NCBI RefSeq assembly: GCF_018350175.1 | Contig: NC_058373.1 | Coordinates: 99,450,001 to 99,514,000 of the forward strand | Length of the DNA: 64,000 bases | Direction of reading: 5' to 3' | Origin: Felis catus | Taxonomy: Eukaryota | Part shown: piece after piece, positions 1 to 13,264 of the stretch | How positions within the stretch are numbered: the first letter of the stretch is position 1 | Layout of the letters: the number at the start of each line of letters is the position of its first letter | Notes under the pieces: model-generated | Told to the model about the DNA's origin: nothing | What the model saw: the letters and a program-made list of their open reading frames with translations, nothing else | The model's database searches: none | Program-made: the position numbers and the translations under genes

Positions 1-113
1 ATGGAGTTGGGCCGCAGCCCAGAGATCCTCCAGGACCTCCCTCTACCTCAGGCCCTGGCCCAGATCTGAACGCCCCGTACGGTCCCACCCCCCACGGGAG
101 AAATCCACTTTAC

Positions 114-283
114 ATGCAGTGACAGCAGGGTCTTGGCCATGTCCTTCTGGAGCCTGGTACCATTGAGGGGCAAGTGACCGATCTGCTGGCCCTGGGCGTA
201 GAGCAGGAAAGTGCCCACAGATGGAGGGGTCACATCAGGCCGGGGCAGGGGCCGGGCTGTGGGTGGCGCAACGGTGGGTATAC
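114..283 (-). CDS. NID2: NID2 exon 15 (linker and start of G3 beta-propeller)
   Basis: [57 protein letters not shown]; cag / GTAAAG; 170 nt. Confidence 0.95.
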
Positions 284-894
284 CTGCCGTGGGAAGGAGG
301 AGGGTATGAAGAATGGAGAGGAAAGAACACAAAGGTGGGTGGGGACAGGGGAAGAAGTTACTTTCCACATACCAGAACCTCCAAAAACATCAAAAGGTTT
401 TTACCCTAGACAGATGTATTCCAGATGTTCCTTAAAAGAAATTCTAATTTCTAGGGGTTTCCCCCTCCCCCCCAAGGATTATGTAAAACACTGCCAATTA
501 CTAGGGAGGAAGACAACAAAACACTTCCCTCAGAACAAAGCAAAAACGTTTTTTTTCTTTTTAAGGGCAAAAAAACAGTATTGTGTCCGCTTTTCTTTGG
601 GCCCCCAGGGTGACACGTGTCCCCTCTCACCCTGGGCTGGGGAGGAGGAACTGCTTGTTGAACTGAGTTCCAGATGTTCTAATTACAGAAACTGCTAATG
701 ACAAAACCAAACGTTAAATCCAAATAGGGATTTGGATCACAGACCAGCTGATAAATCAACACGGCATCTTAGCGACTTCTTTCACTGGACCTGTGGGCCC
801 CCCCTTTCCCCAGCTTCACTCACAGCTGGCAGTTTCCATACAGAAAGCCCTCAGAGTGGATGAGGGGGATGAGGGCTGACCCCCGGGTGCTTAC

Positions 895-1116
895 ATGCAG
901 GGGTGGTGCCTGGCTGGGAGCGGGTGCCCTGCACTTCTCTGCCATCTTTGTCCACGCACCAGCAGAAGTCACTCTTCCCGTGGCACTGCAGGGGGGTGAA
1001 GTGGCCCAGGTCATCGCACTGAGGCACATACTGATCGTCCCTGGGCGTGCCACCGTAGTGCTCCAGCAGGTTTTCCCTCCAGCGCTCGCACACAGTCCGG
1101 GGCCTCCGGGTGGGCT
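895..1116 (-). CDS. NID2: NID2 exon 14 (thyroglobulin type-1 repeat 2)
   Basis: [23 protein letters not shown]...[16 protein letters not shown]...TTPA; cag / GTAAGC; 222 nt. Confidence 0.96.
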
Positions 1117-2540
1117 CTGAGCAGATGGGGACAAAAAGCCTTTGATCGTGAGCCAAGGACAGAATGCAGCATGTGGCTGAAGATCCCCACACCTGGCCTC
1201 CCTCCTCCTAGTATCCGCCAACAAGGCCTCAGCCAAGCGCCTGGACGTTGGACCAGTCAAGTGCTCTAAGAAGCTCTCCACAGGCATCCGGAGAACGGAG
1301 AAAAGCTCCTGGGCCAGGAGGATTTGTCATGAAGGCCGGCCATGTCAGCAGAGAGCAAGAGGAGGTTAAGATCAGGGGTGCAGGGCACACTCGGGCCCGG
1401 CCCATGGGGACACTTCTGCCAGGGCCCAGGACCTCTGCTAACAGAGCCCTTTGGTGGGGACCCTCCTCGGGGACTCAGGGGCCTACATGATACTTAAAGG
1501 CAGTATTTATTGTTTCTGGCTTGGTCCAAGTTCCAGGCCTGCACCTGAGAGGACAATCTTGACACTGGCCATGCATCTTACAAACTAGTCCTGACCTACT
1601 GCCTGCCCTACTTTGCCCTACTGCCAAACTATTCCTGCCTCCTATTCCTACCCTACTTATGTGGCCCTCACTCTGCTCACTGGAAAACTATATGGAGTAA
1701 GACTCACTGTAATTAGTAGGGGTGCGCATGGAGTACATGGTGGCCAACAGCACCATACTGACAGACGCTCCAGTTCCTGGAAGCCCTTTGGCTCAAAGCT
1801 GAACCTTTCTCCCGGGCTCCTGCTTCCTGCCCATAGCTCTGCCCCTCCCTTGTCCAGCATCCTCCCGTCTGCTCGCCCTCCTGGCTCACCACCCGGCTTA
1901 CACTCCTGTGAGCTCTTGCAGAGTAGCTTCTCTAGCTGCAGTTTTCTCCCTGCTTGCTTCCACAGGGCTGTCGCTCTGTCCCAAACGTGGCGGTTCTCTG
2001 TCTGCAGGGAGTCTGCTGCGGGCTTTGGAAGTAACTTGTACCCCCGTCTATCAGAGGAGTATCTAAAGGAGCTCGTTAGAAGCTGCTGCTGCCTTAATTC
2101 CTGTAACTCGAAGCCTGTGGTCTGTGGAATCACACAGCCAAGTACCTACATGCTACTACCACCTGGGTGTATGCCATTAATCTCAGAACAAAAACGGGGA
2201 CCCTGCTTTCCACCGTCAGCGCTGCTGTCCCCTAGACTTTTTCCTATCAGTAAATAGCACCTCCATTTTCCATTGTGTGGGCCCAATCATCCCTGACTCC
2301 TTTCTGTCTCTTGCTCTCCTCATCTGGTAGGTCAGAAAAAGGTCAGATGTGCCTTCAAAATACATTCAGAAAATCTTCACTTCGCACTATATCCACCCCT
2401 ATCACCCTGGTCGGAGCCTCATGGTCTCCTGCTAGGATATTACAAAAACTTTCTCACTTGGTCCCTGGCTTCCACCCTCTTTCCCACCCCCCAATGTAAA
2501 CAGCCAGCAGCCAGAAGAGTCCCTTTAAAATGTCATTTCT

Positions 2541-2770
2541 GGGGCACCTGGATGGCTGAGTCAGTTGCGCGTCTGACTTCGGCTCAGGTCATGATCTCAT
2601 GGCTTGTGAGTTCGAGCCCCACATTGGGCTCTGTGCTGACAGCTCTGAGCCTGGAGCCTGCTTCTCCCTCTCTCTGTGTCTCCCTCTCTCTCTGCCCCTC
2701 CTCCACTCGTGTTCTCTCTCTCTCCCTCACTCCGTCTCAAAAATAAACATTTTTTTAAAAAGCAAAAAAA
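2541..2770 (+). mobile_element. CAN-SINE (SINEC_Fc-like)
   Basis: GGGGCACCTGG head, tRNA-derived body, CT-rich tract, AATAAA/A tail. Confidence 0.9.
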
Positions 2771-4847
2771 TACTTCAAACACAGTCATTTCATGTCACTC
2801 CTTTGGTCAAAACCTCCACTGGCCTCCAAGAACAAAGTTGGAAACATTACAATTCGGTTCTAGTACCTACGATTCCTCCGGACAAGAGGGAGGATGGTTA
2901 ACAAAATCCTCAGAGCTCAAACCCAACTAGCTCAACTCCAAGACTCACCAGGTCTGGTGGCAACGGATGCCCTTCAGGTGGCCTCTATAGTTCATAACCC
3001 TTGGGAAGCAGAGTTCTTTATAAGACCCAACGGAGAAGGAGACTTCCTCACCCAAATGTGTCTCAAAGAATCAGGACAGGGAAAGGTCACTTCTTCAAAC
3101 ACTAACGAGCCACCTCAAGGTGGGATGCCCCGCAGAAGTTCCCAACGCGGCTCCAGGTCCGCCCCGCAAACTCAGAGGGTGTGTTCTTAGCTCAGGGGAC
3201 CACCCGATGAGGCACGGCTCTTTGTCTGGAATGGAGACACACGGCTCACTCAGCTTCTGGGAAGTGGGCACATCACTGATACGTGGGCATCCCTCTCATT
3301 CCTTACTATTTGAAGCTACTTCTTAATCCAACTACAGATTGATTTCTGGTTTCGGTTGGCAGGGTTTTAAATAGTTTGAAATCTTGGACACAGACTTTTT
3401 TCTCTCCCTTCAAGCCAACCCCATTATGCAGATGGGACTAGTCAGAAAAGGCAGCCAAGGCCAAACCAGTGCCAAGAGAGGAGCCTGGGCCACTGGGGGG
3501 AGAGTCTGCACGAGACAATGTGTCCCTCCCTTCAGTCATTAACTTCTCATTCTCTTGGCTCCCTTCTGAATCACGGTCCTTAAAACTAAATGCTTGTCTT
3601 AGTAAATAGAACTCTGAACCATTCCCTAAGGCAGGTCCCAACCATCTGATTTCTTTAAATCCCAGATGGAGTTAGAACCAAGACTTTTTAAAGATTTTAA
3701 AGGAGTGAAACAGGATTTTTCTTTCCTTTTTTTCCCCCTTGGACCTGTCAAATCTTTTCCTAAAAATAGGGACAAGAGGAACTAGGAATGTCACTGCGGA
3801 AACAAAGGTATACATCTAGATCAAACATTACCAATTTTTACCTGTGTGAATCTTAGAACTACTCATGTCCCGGCCATTGCGATATTGTTGACAGGATCAA
3901 AACTGGTGGTAATTCACCAGCTCTTCTTACTCTCATGTTAAAAGCCAAGATTTATCTTTTCCAGTAGTAAAAATAGCAAGCTCATGGCTATAGGAATTTT
4001 TGGCTAAAATGGAATCAGATCAATCCTACATTCTTCATAATAAAGTTCTTCTGTAGTTTTAAAAACGTGCTTTCCACTCTTAACAACTCAGCAAGGAATA
4101 CAATCTGCCTTGGCAACCTGCAGCTGGCAGGACATGTGAGCACTTGATAGCCAGGCCCCACCCCCCCCCCCGGGGAGCACGGAGAGCCCTCAGATGGTTA
4201 CAGACACGCTCACCATTAGCATCTCAGACCGCACGGGCTAACACAACAGGTCCCTGCATCTCTTCGGACAGTGGCTGGGGCAAGGGGGTTCCCCACTGAT
4301 ATGCTGGGCCTGCCTAGAGACAGCGGGGGTCATTAGCTTAGAGCAAACTAGTGGGATCCACCCACAGGTGTCTGCTTATTTTTCCTGTTAATACTAAACT
4401 GGCCTTCATACTGCTTCCTGAAATTCAGAAGGCAGAGTGTAGTGATATAAAGGAACATGTGCAGGCAGTTCTCTTTGGACAAAAGGCGGGTCTGGCAAGA
4501 TCCGTTAGCTCCAAGGCCTCCCTAAGCTGCCATAACAGGTCTCGGGCAGTGGCCTCAGCCTGACCTACACCATTCATCTCAACGTCCCGTCTTGTACCGG
4601 GCAAGTCTAAGGCTGGAGTCCAACGTGTAACAGTGATGTCAGTCTATGTCCCTGTCACCTGAATGTGTGCACAGGTGGGCACAGATCATCTGAGTGGTCC
4701 TAGGAGGAAGGAGGCTATGAAAGGACAGCAGTCGGCCCCGAGTCTGCACGGTCTGGGCAGGAGTTATAATCTGCCCCACAGGCTGCGCCATTCAGCTTCT
4801 CAAGCCCCGGGCCTAGGTCGGTACAAGCTCCTTCCTGCCTGGCTCAC

Positions 4848-5078
4848 CTGCTGGTCCGCAGTGAGGTGGTGTGGAGCCGGGTGGAGTCCGGGTGCCGGGG
4901 ACTTCGTGACCATTGGGGTCCACGCACCAGCAGAAGCCAGTGCTGCCGTGACACTGCAGTGGCAGGAAGTGGCCCTGCTCATCGCACTGGGGGATGTGCA
5001 CCCGGGAGCCAGGATAGGTGTGCTGAGCGTGGGCACTGCGCTGCTGGCGTTCACAGGGTTTCAGTCCTGATGTGGGGT
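4848..5078 (-). CDS. NID2: NID2 exon 13 (thyroglobulin type-1 repeat 1)
   Basis: [13 protein letters not shown]...[30 protein letters not shown]...HCGPA; aag acceptor / GTGAGC; 231 nt. Confidence 0.93.
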
Positions 5079-5892
5079 CTTCGGAGACCAGGGTGGAGGA
5101 GACGTACAAAGAAGGAATAAAAGACATTGCAACCCATCCACTTTTACCAGCTAACTTCAAAGTCTCTCGTCTGAGGTGATGTTCTTTGCTTATTTTTCCC
5201 TCCCTATACTTGGGAGACAGCATAACATGGGGAAAAAAAATAGCCGGGCACTGAGATTGTGAACTCCTGGATTCTTATTTTAGTTCTGCCACTATCTACC
5301 TAATGTCTCCCTAATTCTCACAGTTCACCCTGTTAAGTCCTGAGCTGACCGTACCTACTGTAAAATCGCCCCTCCCTCAGCCCTAAGGGTAAAATGAAGA
5401 ACCCATAGCTTGTGTCCAAATATCCCAAGAGACTTGGGAGAAAACAAGTAAACCTCTGTTCATCCTCTCAAGTCCAGAGTCTAAGTCTGAGAAGCTCCAG
5501 GTCAATGGCAATCACTAGGTCACACAGTGCTGGCCAAGACCTCCTAGCGTGTCACCACGGGGGCTTACTACCAGCTCACTAGGTGCATATGGCTCCTATT
5601 TAGTCAGCTTATCCCAGTCCTTCATCTAAATGACACTTACCAAGGCAAAGCAGATCATGATGGGAGTTGAACACAGCTGCCACTAGGTAGGACAATGGGT
5701 GGGGTCACACTCCTGGCCTCCCAGATTACTAATAACCAGGGACTTCTAAGTAAACTAGAAGGAGGGAACAGGAAGAAAATCCAGAGCCTAGAAAAGCCTT
5801 GGTCCCCGATAAGAACAGGCTAAAGGCTATAGAAAAAATACACTGAAGGAACCACGAGTTTTCTGTGCCTCAGGCAGCCCTCAAGACCTTAC

Positions 5893-6012
5893 CAGGTGCG
5901 CACTGAAATCCATCCCCATGATATCCAGGGAGGCATCGGCAGGAGAACGAGCCAGGGGTATTGTAGCAGGTAGCCGAGGGGTGACATCTGTTTTCCGAGC
6001 ATTCATCAACAT
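5893..6012 (-). CDS. NID2: NID2 exon 12 (calcium-binding EGF 5)
   Basis: [40 protein letters not shown]; cag / GTAAGG; 120 nt. Confidence 0.96.
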
Positions 6013-6668
6013 CTGCAGAGGCAGGAACAGGGATGGGGTGGGGGGGGGGGGGCAGGGAGGAACAGCATGACTTCACTGCACCCAACTGGGGCTACTACGC
6101 GGCCCTAGTACATGTGGGTCAATGCCAAGGGGTCAACCTTAGAAGACCTCTGGGCATGAGCAGAAATATGCTGACAGCTAAAGGCGGGCTAAACATACAA
6201 AGTCGAGTGACACGTGAACGAACCCATTAGAGTAAGAATGTACAGTGTAGAAATCAAATGTGTGGTCACTTCCAGAAAAAAAAATATCCTGCGGTGTATT
6301 TCTAGAGTATCTTTCATCCACAGTGAATTCCAGGAAGTTATTACCTTTGAACTAGCCTTTGGGCTGTAAATCACTCACTTCCTTTCAGTACCACAGCAGT
6401 AAATACATGTAACAATGGTTTCGGTCTTGCCCTGTTGGCACCATGTCCCTATAACACCAATCTACAGATCCGGAGAAGCCCGGTGAGGCTCCAAATGCTT
6501 TTTCAACTAAGTCTAGAAGCACATCCAGTCTCCCGGAATCAGAGTCCTACCATCTACAATGCCCAAGGAATCAGAAATTTTCTCTACTTTCTACCTTTAG
6601 AAGAAATAGAAAAGCGTCAGAAAAATATTATCAGAAGTTTGGAACAACACATTCAAAAGAACATCTAA

Positions 6669-6884
6669 GGGCGCCTGGGTGGCTCAGTCAGTTAAGTGTC
6701 TGACTTCGGCTCAGGTCACGATCACGCAGGTTGTGAGTTCGAGCCCCGTGTCGGGCTCTGTGCTGCCAGCTCAGAGCCTGGAACCTGCTTCAGATTCTGT
6801 GTCTCCCTCTCTCTCTGCCCCTCCCTGCTCACGCTCTGCCTCTGTCTCTCAATAATAAATAAACATTTAAAAAAAAATTTAAAA
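6669..6884 (+). mobile_element. CAN-SINE
   Basis: Full body; TSD aaaagaac(a/t)tctaa. Confidence 0.92.
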
Positions 6885-6994
6885 AGAACTTCTAAATTTG
6901 TCAGGTTTATCAGTACAAACAGTTCAGGCCCTCCCACTCTCCACATGGTACTGTAAGGATTAAATTTCATATTTCTCAAAACTGCAACATCCTA

Positions 6995-7192
6995 GGGGTG
7001 TCTGGGTAGCTCAGTCGGTTCAGTGTCCGACTCTTGACTTCAGCTCAGGTCATGATCTTGCGGTTCCTGAGTCTGAGCCCCACATCAGGCTGCATGCTGT
7101 TGGTGTAGAGCCTGCTTGGGATTCTCTCTCCCTCCCTCTCTCTTCCCCTCCCGTGCCCTCTCTCTCAAAATAAACTTAAAAAAATTTTTTTT
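6995..7192 (+). mobile_element. CAN-SINE (older subfamily)
   Basis: Body with gactcttga variant; TSD caacatccta. Confidence 0.88.
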
Positions 7193-8198
7193 AAGTTACA
7201 ACATCCTAGAACCTTACATGCCAGCTTATAGTCCTTTTATTTACTGCAATCAGCATATGCAGACAATAGCAAGACAGTCCCCTTTCCCCCAAAAAAACCT
7301 ATGAGAGTCAAACTATTAAAACCAATGGCTAGTGGTTGAGATAAGCTCTCTGCAGAGATAGGAAGTCTTCCAGAGTAAAAGGAAGATAAAGAGTGTAAGT
7401 CTGATCAAGGCTCCACTGAAAAGAATGCCATCACTTTGACGAAAACACCCAAAAAACGATTTAAAAAATGGATGAAAAAAGGTGGGTTGGGATGATCCAT
7501 GTGAAACCTAGAAGAATGTGAGTCCCAGAAGTGAACTGCATCAATTTGCTATAGCCCATGGCAGAGACACATAGAACCCAGGAAGCCCAAGAGCCACAGC
7601 CTGAATTTGACATGGATCAGCTGGGGACAGAGTTGGCCCCTCAGCCAGCCTCCCATGTCCCAGGTGAAATCTCTTCTAGGGTTATGACTACCAGCCTTGC
7701 TATGACCATGTGCTCACTGAGCCACCCTCCCAGGTGCCGGTGAGCAGACATGTTAGTGGGAGAGGAATCTCTTATGTCGTAATTAGCGAATTCACATTCT
7801 GCTTATCCTCAGTCTTAAGGAAGTTTTGTCAACATACATCAGCTCCCCTAAGTCCAAAACCATCCTGAATGCTTGACAGAACGGAGTTTAATGCCACCCA
7901 GAGAGGCTCTGCCCAGATGAACTGGCCTCCCTAGTTACCTTCTTTCCACCTACAAAGGCAGGAAAGTACAAGGTTAGAAACAAACAAGGTTTTCTGGTTA
8001 GCTCCTCAGTCAACCAAAAAGAAACCAGACTAATCACAACAAAAACTCTATCTCCAATCCAATCAATAGGTTCTATATTGTCATATTTAATTATCTTTGA
8101 GTCTGGCCCTCAGTCTCTTGACGAGGACAACTCCAACACCTAGCTGGGCAAAGCCAGTGACCATCCAGTTCCTTGGGCCTGCAAGAGGCCATAAAACT

Positions 8199-9478
8199 GG
8201 CTGTAAAACCAAAGCTGTAAAACTGAACATCCAGCAGGAAATTAAATGCAGGAAATTGAAGCTATTCATAATACATATGCTAAAAGGACTTCTCATGCTA
8301 ACAGGAACCCCAGGCAATGACAGGAAGCAGGAATTCCTGAGACACAGGGCCTATTTCTAGAACCCATGGATCAGTTTCTTGAGATTGTTTTTGAACTAAG
8401 GGAGAGGGGACTCCCCAGAGCTACCAGGTTCCTTATGTTCTTAAAGCCTACGGCCTAAGAATTGTGATCAGACTGAAAGCCAGTCATCTTCCCACAGATA
8501 CTAGAGTCAGGGGGAGGGACACTAATGGTTGTAAATGACCAGCAGGAGAAAGCCCTTGAAGGGACAGAAAGCATCACAAGTGAGGAGCCCCCGTCCCCTA
8601 GAAGCTGGAGGAGGTAAAGCTCCCTGAAACACAGTCCCCCATACCTCCTTGGAAGACCTCACACCATGACAGAAAATGAGTGCAGTCAGCCACTCCAGAG
8701 CCTGGGCTCAGAGCAGGCTATGGCTCCTCCCAAGGAGTGCTAACATTGAGGGGTGTGGGGGGAACTGGGGCTTTTGTGTAAAGAAGGGGAGCTCTTCCCT
8801 CTATCACAGGATGTCAAGTGTCAGGACAGAAAGCATGGAACACTTTCAGCCCCTAGGGAAGGGAGAAACTCCTTGTTGCTACGCTCAGGCTGGGAGCTGC
8901 CATTTATGCCTAACAATCCCTGTCAGGGGTCTTTAGGGGCTGTCAGAACACTGAGGTCAAGACGACAATGTTTGGGGCACAGTAGAACTCCTTTGCCACT
9001 CAGATCATGAAACATGGCTCAATGTCAGCACAATTCTCCATTTTATTCTGTTAAGCTGGTAAAACACCTGTATGGAACATTTGTTAAAACCCTCCATTTT
9101 GAATTCATGCTTTGGTGTTTCAAAGCTTTCACTGCCGTAATTCTGAGCCCATACCCAAATCAGGCGAGGTCCCTTCAAAACAAGCCCAACCACCGGATTA
9201 CCACATTCTAGCTACACTTAACCCATCCCCCCCAACCTCCTTTGCTTTCAGATCATCCAGTGAAATTTCCAGACCCCAATAAAGGCTTCGGCCCATAAGT
9301 TCTAGCTCCCCACCTATTCAGTCAAGCACCTTGCTGGGTGTGCCCCTGTGTGGTATGTGGTGACCCTCTCTCTGGGACCCATGAGCATAATAAACTCCTC
9401 CCTTGCAAACCTTGTACTCTTCTCCTGTGGCTGCACCAACTTTACCACACCTTACTTAACATCTCTCTTTTTAGAACA
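8199..9478 (+). mobile_element. Possible degraded ERV LTR (family not identified, possibly interrupted)
   Basis: TG...CA ends and an LTR-like 3' part with AATAAA at about 9278 and 9389 plus a pyrimidine-rich U5-like stretch. Confidence 0.3.
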
Positions 9479-10194
9479 GAAAACCAGAGACAGAATAACC
9501 TAAGTGCCTCTCCTCACGTCCCTCCTGAGCAGTGATGGTGCTGAGGGATGTCCCACCCGTAACTCAATCGCTTCTCCTGGAAAGGTCCCAACTCAAGACA
9601 CTCTGCTTCACCTGGCAAAGTTACCAAGATCTATGAGGACAAACATGCCTGAGAAATACCGGCTCATACCAACACAAGGTGGACATCAACCCTGAAACCG
9701 TTGCAATCGGGGTTGATTGAGGGAAGCTGGAAAAGATTGAACTCTACTTGGATAAAAGTAGTAACTGCTGGTGACTCAGACTAGACTGAGAACCCAAAGC
9801 CAAGTCCAGCCTCTCCAGGGAACCTGGTTTTTAACAAACTGGCTAGAGAAAAACCCACACAGCTTTTATTGCTAGTTTAATGGAGTAAAGAATAACATGC
9901 ATGCTTCAAGAATGCGCACTTTCCACAAAATAGAGCTTCTATCTCTATTTTTCTCTATTTTGCTATTTTCTCTCTATGGCCATGGGTACACATGCACATT
10001 GTGGCATGTCTTTAAATATGCGCATGCATGTGCATACACCCACACACACGTATGTACTTATCCTGCAAATCACCTTCATGACTAGCCCAGTCGGATTTAG
10101 GCATGGCATAGGTCTTTAGGAAAAGGACTATTCATTCTCTTCTACTCCACAGTCTGAAAAGCTTGGAAGGCAACCCATGGTAATGGATTCTGGG

Positions 10195-10692
10195 AGACAG
10201 CCTCTAAGGACCCCCAAAGATCCCTACCTCCTAGCATTTGTAATCTTATGTAATCCCCTTCCCTTGAGTAACTTGCATCTAATCAATACACGAAAGCAAT
10301 ACTGAGGGGATGTCATTTTTGTGATTATAACTTCCAATTTGCTAAAAGACTTTCTGCCACCGGCTTTGATGAAGTAAGCTACCTTGTTGGAGGTCTGCGT
10401 GTCAAGAAGCTGAAGGTCATCTCCAGGCCACAGCTAACAAGGACCTGAGGCTCTCAGGCCTCAAGGAATTGAATCCTGCCAATAACCATGTGAGGATGTT
10501 TCCCCAGTTAGGCCTTTAGAGGAGACCCCAAGCCTACCAGACCCCTTGTTGCAGTTTTGTGAGGATCTTTTTAAGCAGAGGACCAAGCTAAGCCATTCCC
10601 AGGCCCTTGACCTATAGATAATAAATGTGTATTGTTTTAAGCTACTGTATTTTGGGGGTAATTTGGTATGCAGCAATAGGTAACTAATACAC
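10195..10692 (+). mobile_element. MLT1-family (ERVL-MaLR) LTR
   Basis: tgtaatccccttcccttgagt; ggctttgatgaagtaagct; 3' end ataaatgtgtattgttttaagctact...gcagcaataggtaactaatac. Confidence 0.85.
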
Positions 10693-12787
10693 TAAGGGAA
10701 GCAACTGATGGGTTTTAAGTTTGTGAGTTCCAGAGAAAATCCCAAATGCAGAGAAGCAAAGATTGAATAGGGACAATTAAAAATGGCAGAAATCAGCAAG
10801 AAGGCAGTAATAACAATGAATGGCATTACTCGCAAGTTCCCAACATGGAAAAGTAACCAATTTTAACATGATCCCAAAGATAATCAAAGTTTTACAGGAC
10901 AAATAGAAGTTAAAAGAAGAGAGAATGATTCCAGACGGGATTAGGGCAAAAACTATCTAACTCAATTAACATTCTGATTAACACTCATCACACCTAGGCT
11001 GCAATTAATTTCAACTTGTTAGCTTTAAACCAAAGACCTAAGAAGTGAAATACTTTAAAGGCACGATCTCTGCTGACCTGAGTGGCCGGATGTTTAAATA
11101 CGCAATTCTACTGACAAGATTTTGCTTCTCCAGGCAGTCTCATCTCTTAAATGTGCTAAATGGAACTGAACGGTAAAGATCCACAAGGGTGGACAAAACA
11201 TTATTCCCGCATGAAGAACAGAACCATGAGGAGTTTGTGCACCTCACATCCTGACCCCCATACCTGTGGAGGCTACCCTCTGTGTGTCAAGAGTGTATCT
11301 ATTACAGATGGAACTCTTGGGCTGGTCAAGTGGGAGAAGCATCTGTGAATTCCAAATCTACCTCGTTCTCACTGGGAAGCAGTTGAGCTCTGTCTAAAAC
11401 CGGGGATATTTTTAGTAGAGAAAAAAACAAAACAAACCAGGGCTGAACTGAGCCATGGCTTTGGGTCATTTCAGTATAAACTGTGTTTTTAAGAAAAGCC
11501 TACAGCAGAACTTCTGTACAACAGAAGTGGAAACATGGAAGAGCCAGTTCAGACAATACCAAATGGCCCAGCACAACGAGGAAGCAGAGGACAGCTGTGC
11601 TGCCCTGACACGTGTTCTGTCCAGAATGGACGGCGTCAGTGGGCTCGTCCGGGAGCCTCTCCGCTGAGAGGGAAGGGAAGAGGAATCAGGAGCAGGAGGA
11701 GAAGCGAACATCTGGTAAGGAGGCAGGGCGGGCATGTTGTTTCATCTGCTGTGAAGCTCCCAGGGGTCACACGGCTGTTCTAGCAAATCAACGGTGGCCC
11801 AGCCAATGCAAGCAGCAGTCTGAAGGGAGGGGGAAACCCTGTGTTCCAGGTTTATAATCCCCACACAGACCCTTTCCCCACCATTCTCTCATTGCCGGTG
11901 TCTCATTTTACCCTAACTTTGTGCGCATTACTGACAGCATGAAATGGAGTTTCAATTCCATCATGTCACTGGATATATTTTGAAAACCTTTTGTGGATTA
12001 TGTAGATTTCTTAAATAATCTCTATATTAAAGTACTACTAATCCCAGTTTCATGAATATTTATACCCAGAGAATTATACCTAGTTCAGTAACAACCTCAA
12101 ATATTATTATTATTTAACCGAGTTAAATTTTAACAGTTAGTCCTGCATTCCAGTTTAGTGATTTTATAAAATACTGTACCAAGTCTTAACCAGCTTAAAT
12201 GTGGTTAGATTTCTGGGGGAAAAAAAAAGTTTTGGGTATTTATGTATGCATTACTATCCTCTTAACACAGAGTTCTCTCTCTCCTCACCCCCTCCCCTTC
12301 TCTCCAGAGAGAGAGGTGAGAGGGAAAAAATGAGAAAGAATTGCATGTATGTTTAGAGATTACTTAAAATACCCCTTCAACCAGTATCATAAGCAACTCA
12401 AAGTTAGGCGCAACTGGAAGTGCTAGACTAAGTCACTGACCATAGATGGAAGGATGGAGACTTCCCAACAGGTGAATAGGCTTTCCCGAAGTTCCTCCAG
12501 CCTACGCCAGCTCTAAGGAACAGAAGGTTGGCTACAAGCTCGCAGTGGCTTCCTAGTGCTCCGGGAACGTCCCCACCATATGCTCACCAATCTAATCCAA
12601 GGGAAAATACCCTTTGCTCTGCTTTTTGACTCAAAGGACAGCTTTTCTCTTGCTCTTTGGACAATTCCAAGGCTGTGTGAGTCAAGGAAGGGAGAAGTCT
12701 TTTTGAGAAAGGTTCCGGTTATGTGGGGATGTTGCATACAAGGCAACTTTCCAGAGTCACTGAGGCTGACGACCCGCAGGTACTCAC

Positions 12788-12931
12788 CAGTACATTGGTG
12801 CCCGTTGCCAGTGTAACCAGGCAGGCAGGTGCAGCTGAACGTGCTGCCCCCATGGTAAATGCACCGGGCCTGGTCAGCAGGAGCACAGGAATGACTGCCA
12901 TCCGCACAGGGGTTGGGAGGTGGGGCGATCA
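12788..12931 (-). CDS. NID2: NID2 exon 11 (EGF-like 4)
   Basis: [48 protein letters not shown]; cag / GTGAGT; 144 nt. Confidence 0.96.
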
Positions 12932-12999
12932 CTGAAAAGAGAAGAAGGCAAGGACATCTGAGAGTTCAGACCTGCAGATGGGTGAGACTGCTCCTCCCA

Positions 13000-13150
13000 G
13001 TGTGATTCACACACCCATAGCATCAGGACATCTAGGGGCTTAGAAGGCATATAGGTTCTCAGGCCCTATCCCAGAGCCAGTTAATCAGAATCTGACTTTC
13101 AACAAGATCCCTGGATGACTTGTATGCATATTAAAGTTTGAGAAGTGCTG
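13000..13150. mobile_element. MER5-like hAT-Charlie remnant
   Basis: aatcagaatct...caacaagatccctggatga...tatgcatattaaagtttgagaagtgctg. Confidence 0.7.
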
Positions 13151-13230
13151 GTCCGGGTTTGTGGTTAAAACTCTAGACATGAAGATCAGTCATTAAAATA
13201 GTGCTTGATAAAGTTTATAACTCACCAGAA

Positions 13231-13232
<2 letters not shown>

Positions 13233-13260
<28 letters not shown>
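13233..13260. repeat. (CA)n microsatellite
   Basis: Direct reading. Confidence 0.95.

Positions 13261-13264
<4 letters not shown>

Noticed and set aside
1613..2257. Overlapping antiparallel ORFs of 214 aa (+) and 158 aa (-) in intron 13
   Set aside because: Non-ATG starts, Ser/Pro/Leu-biased composition, no recognisable domain; more likely chance or a decayed repeat
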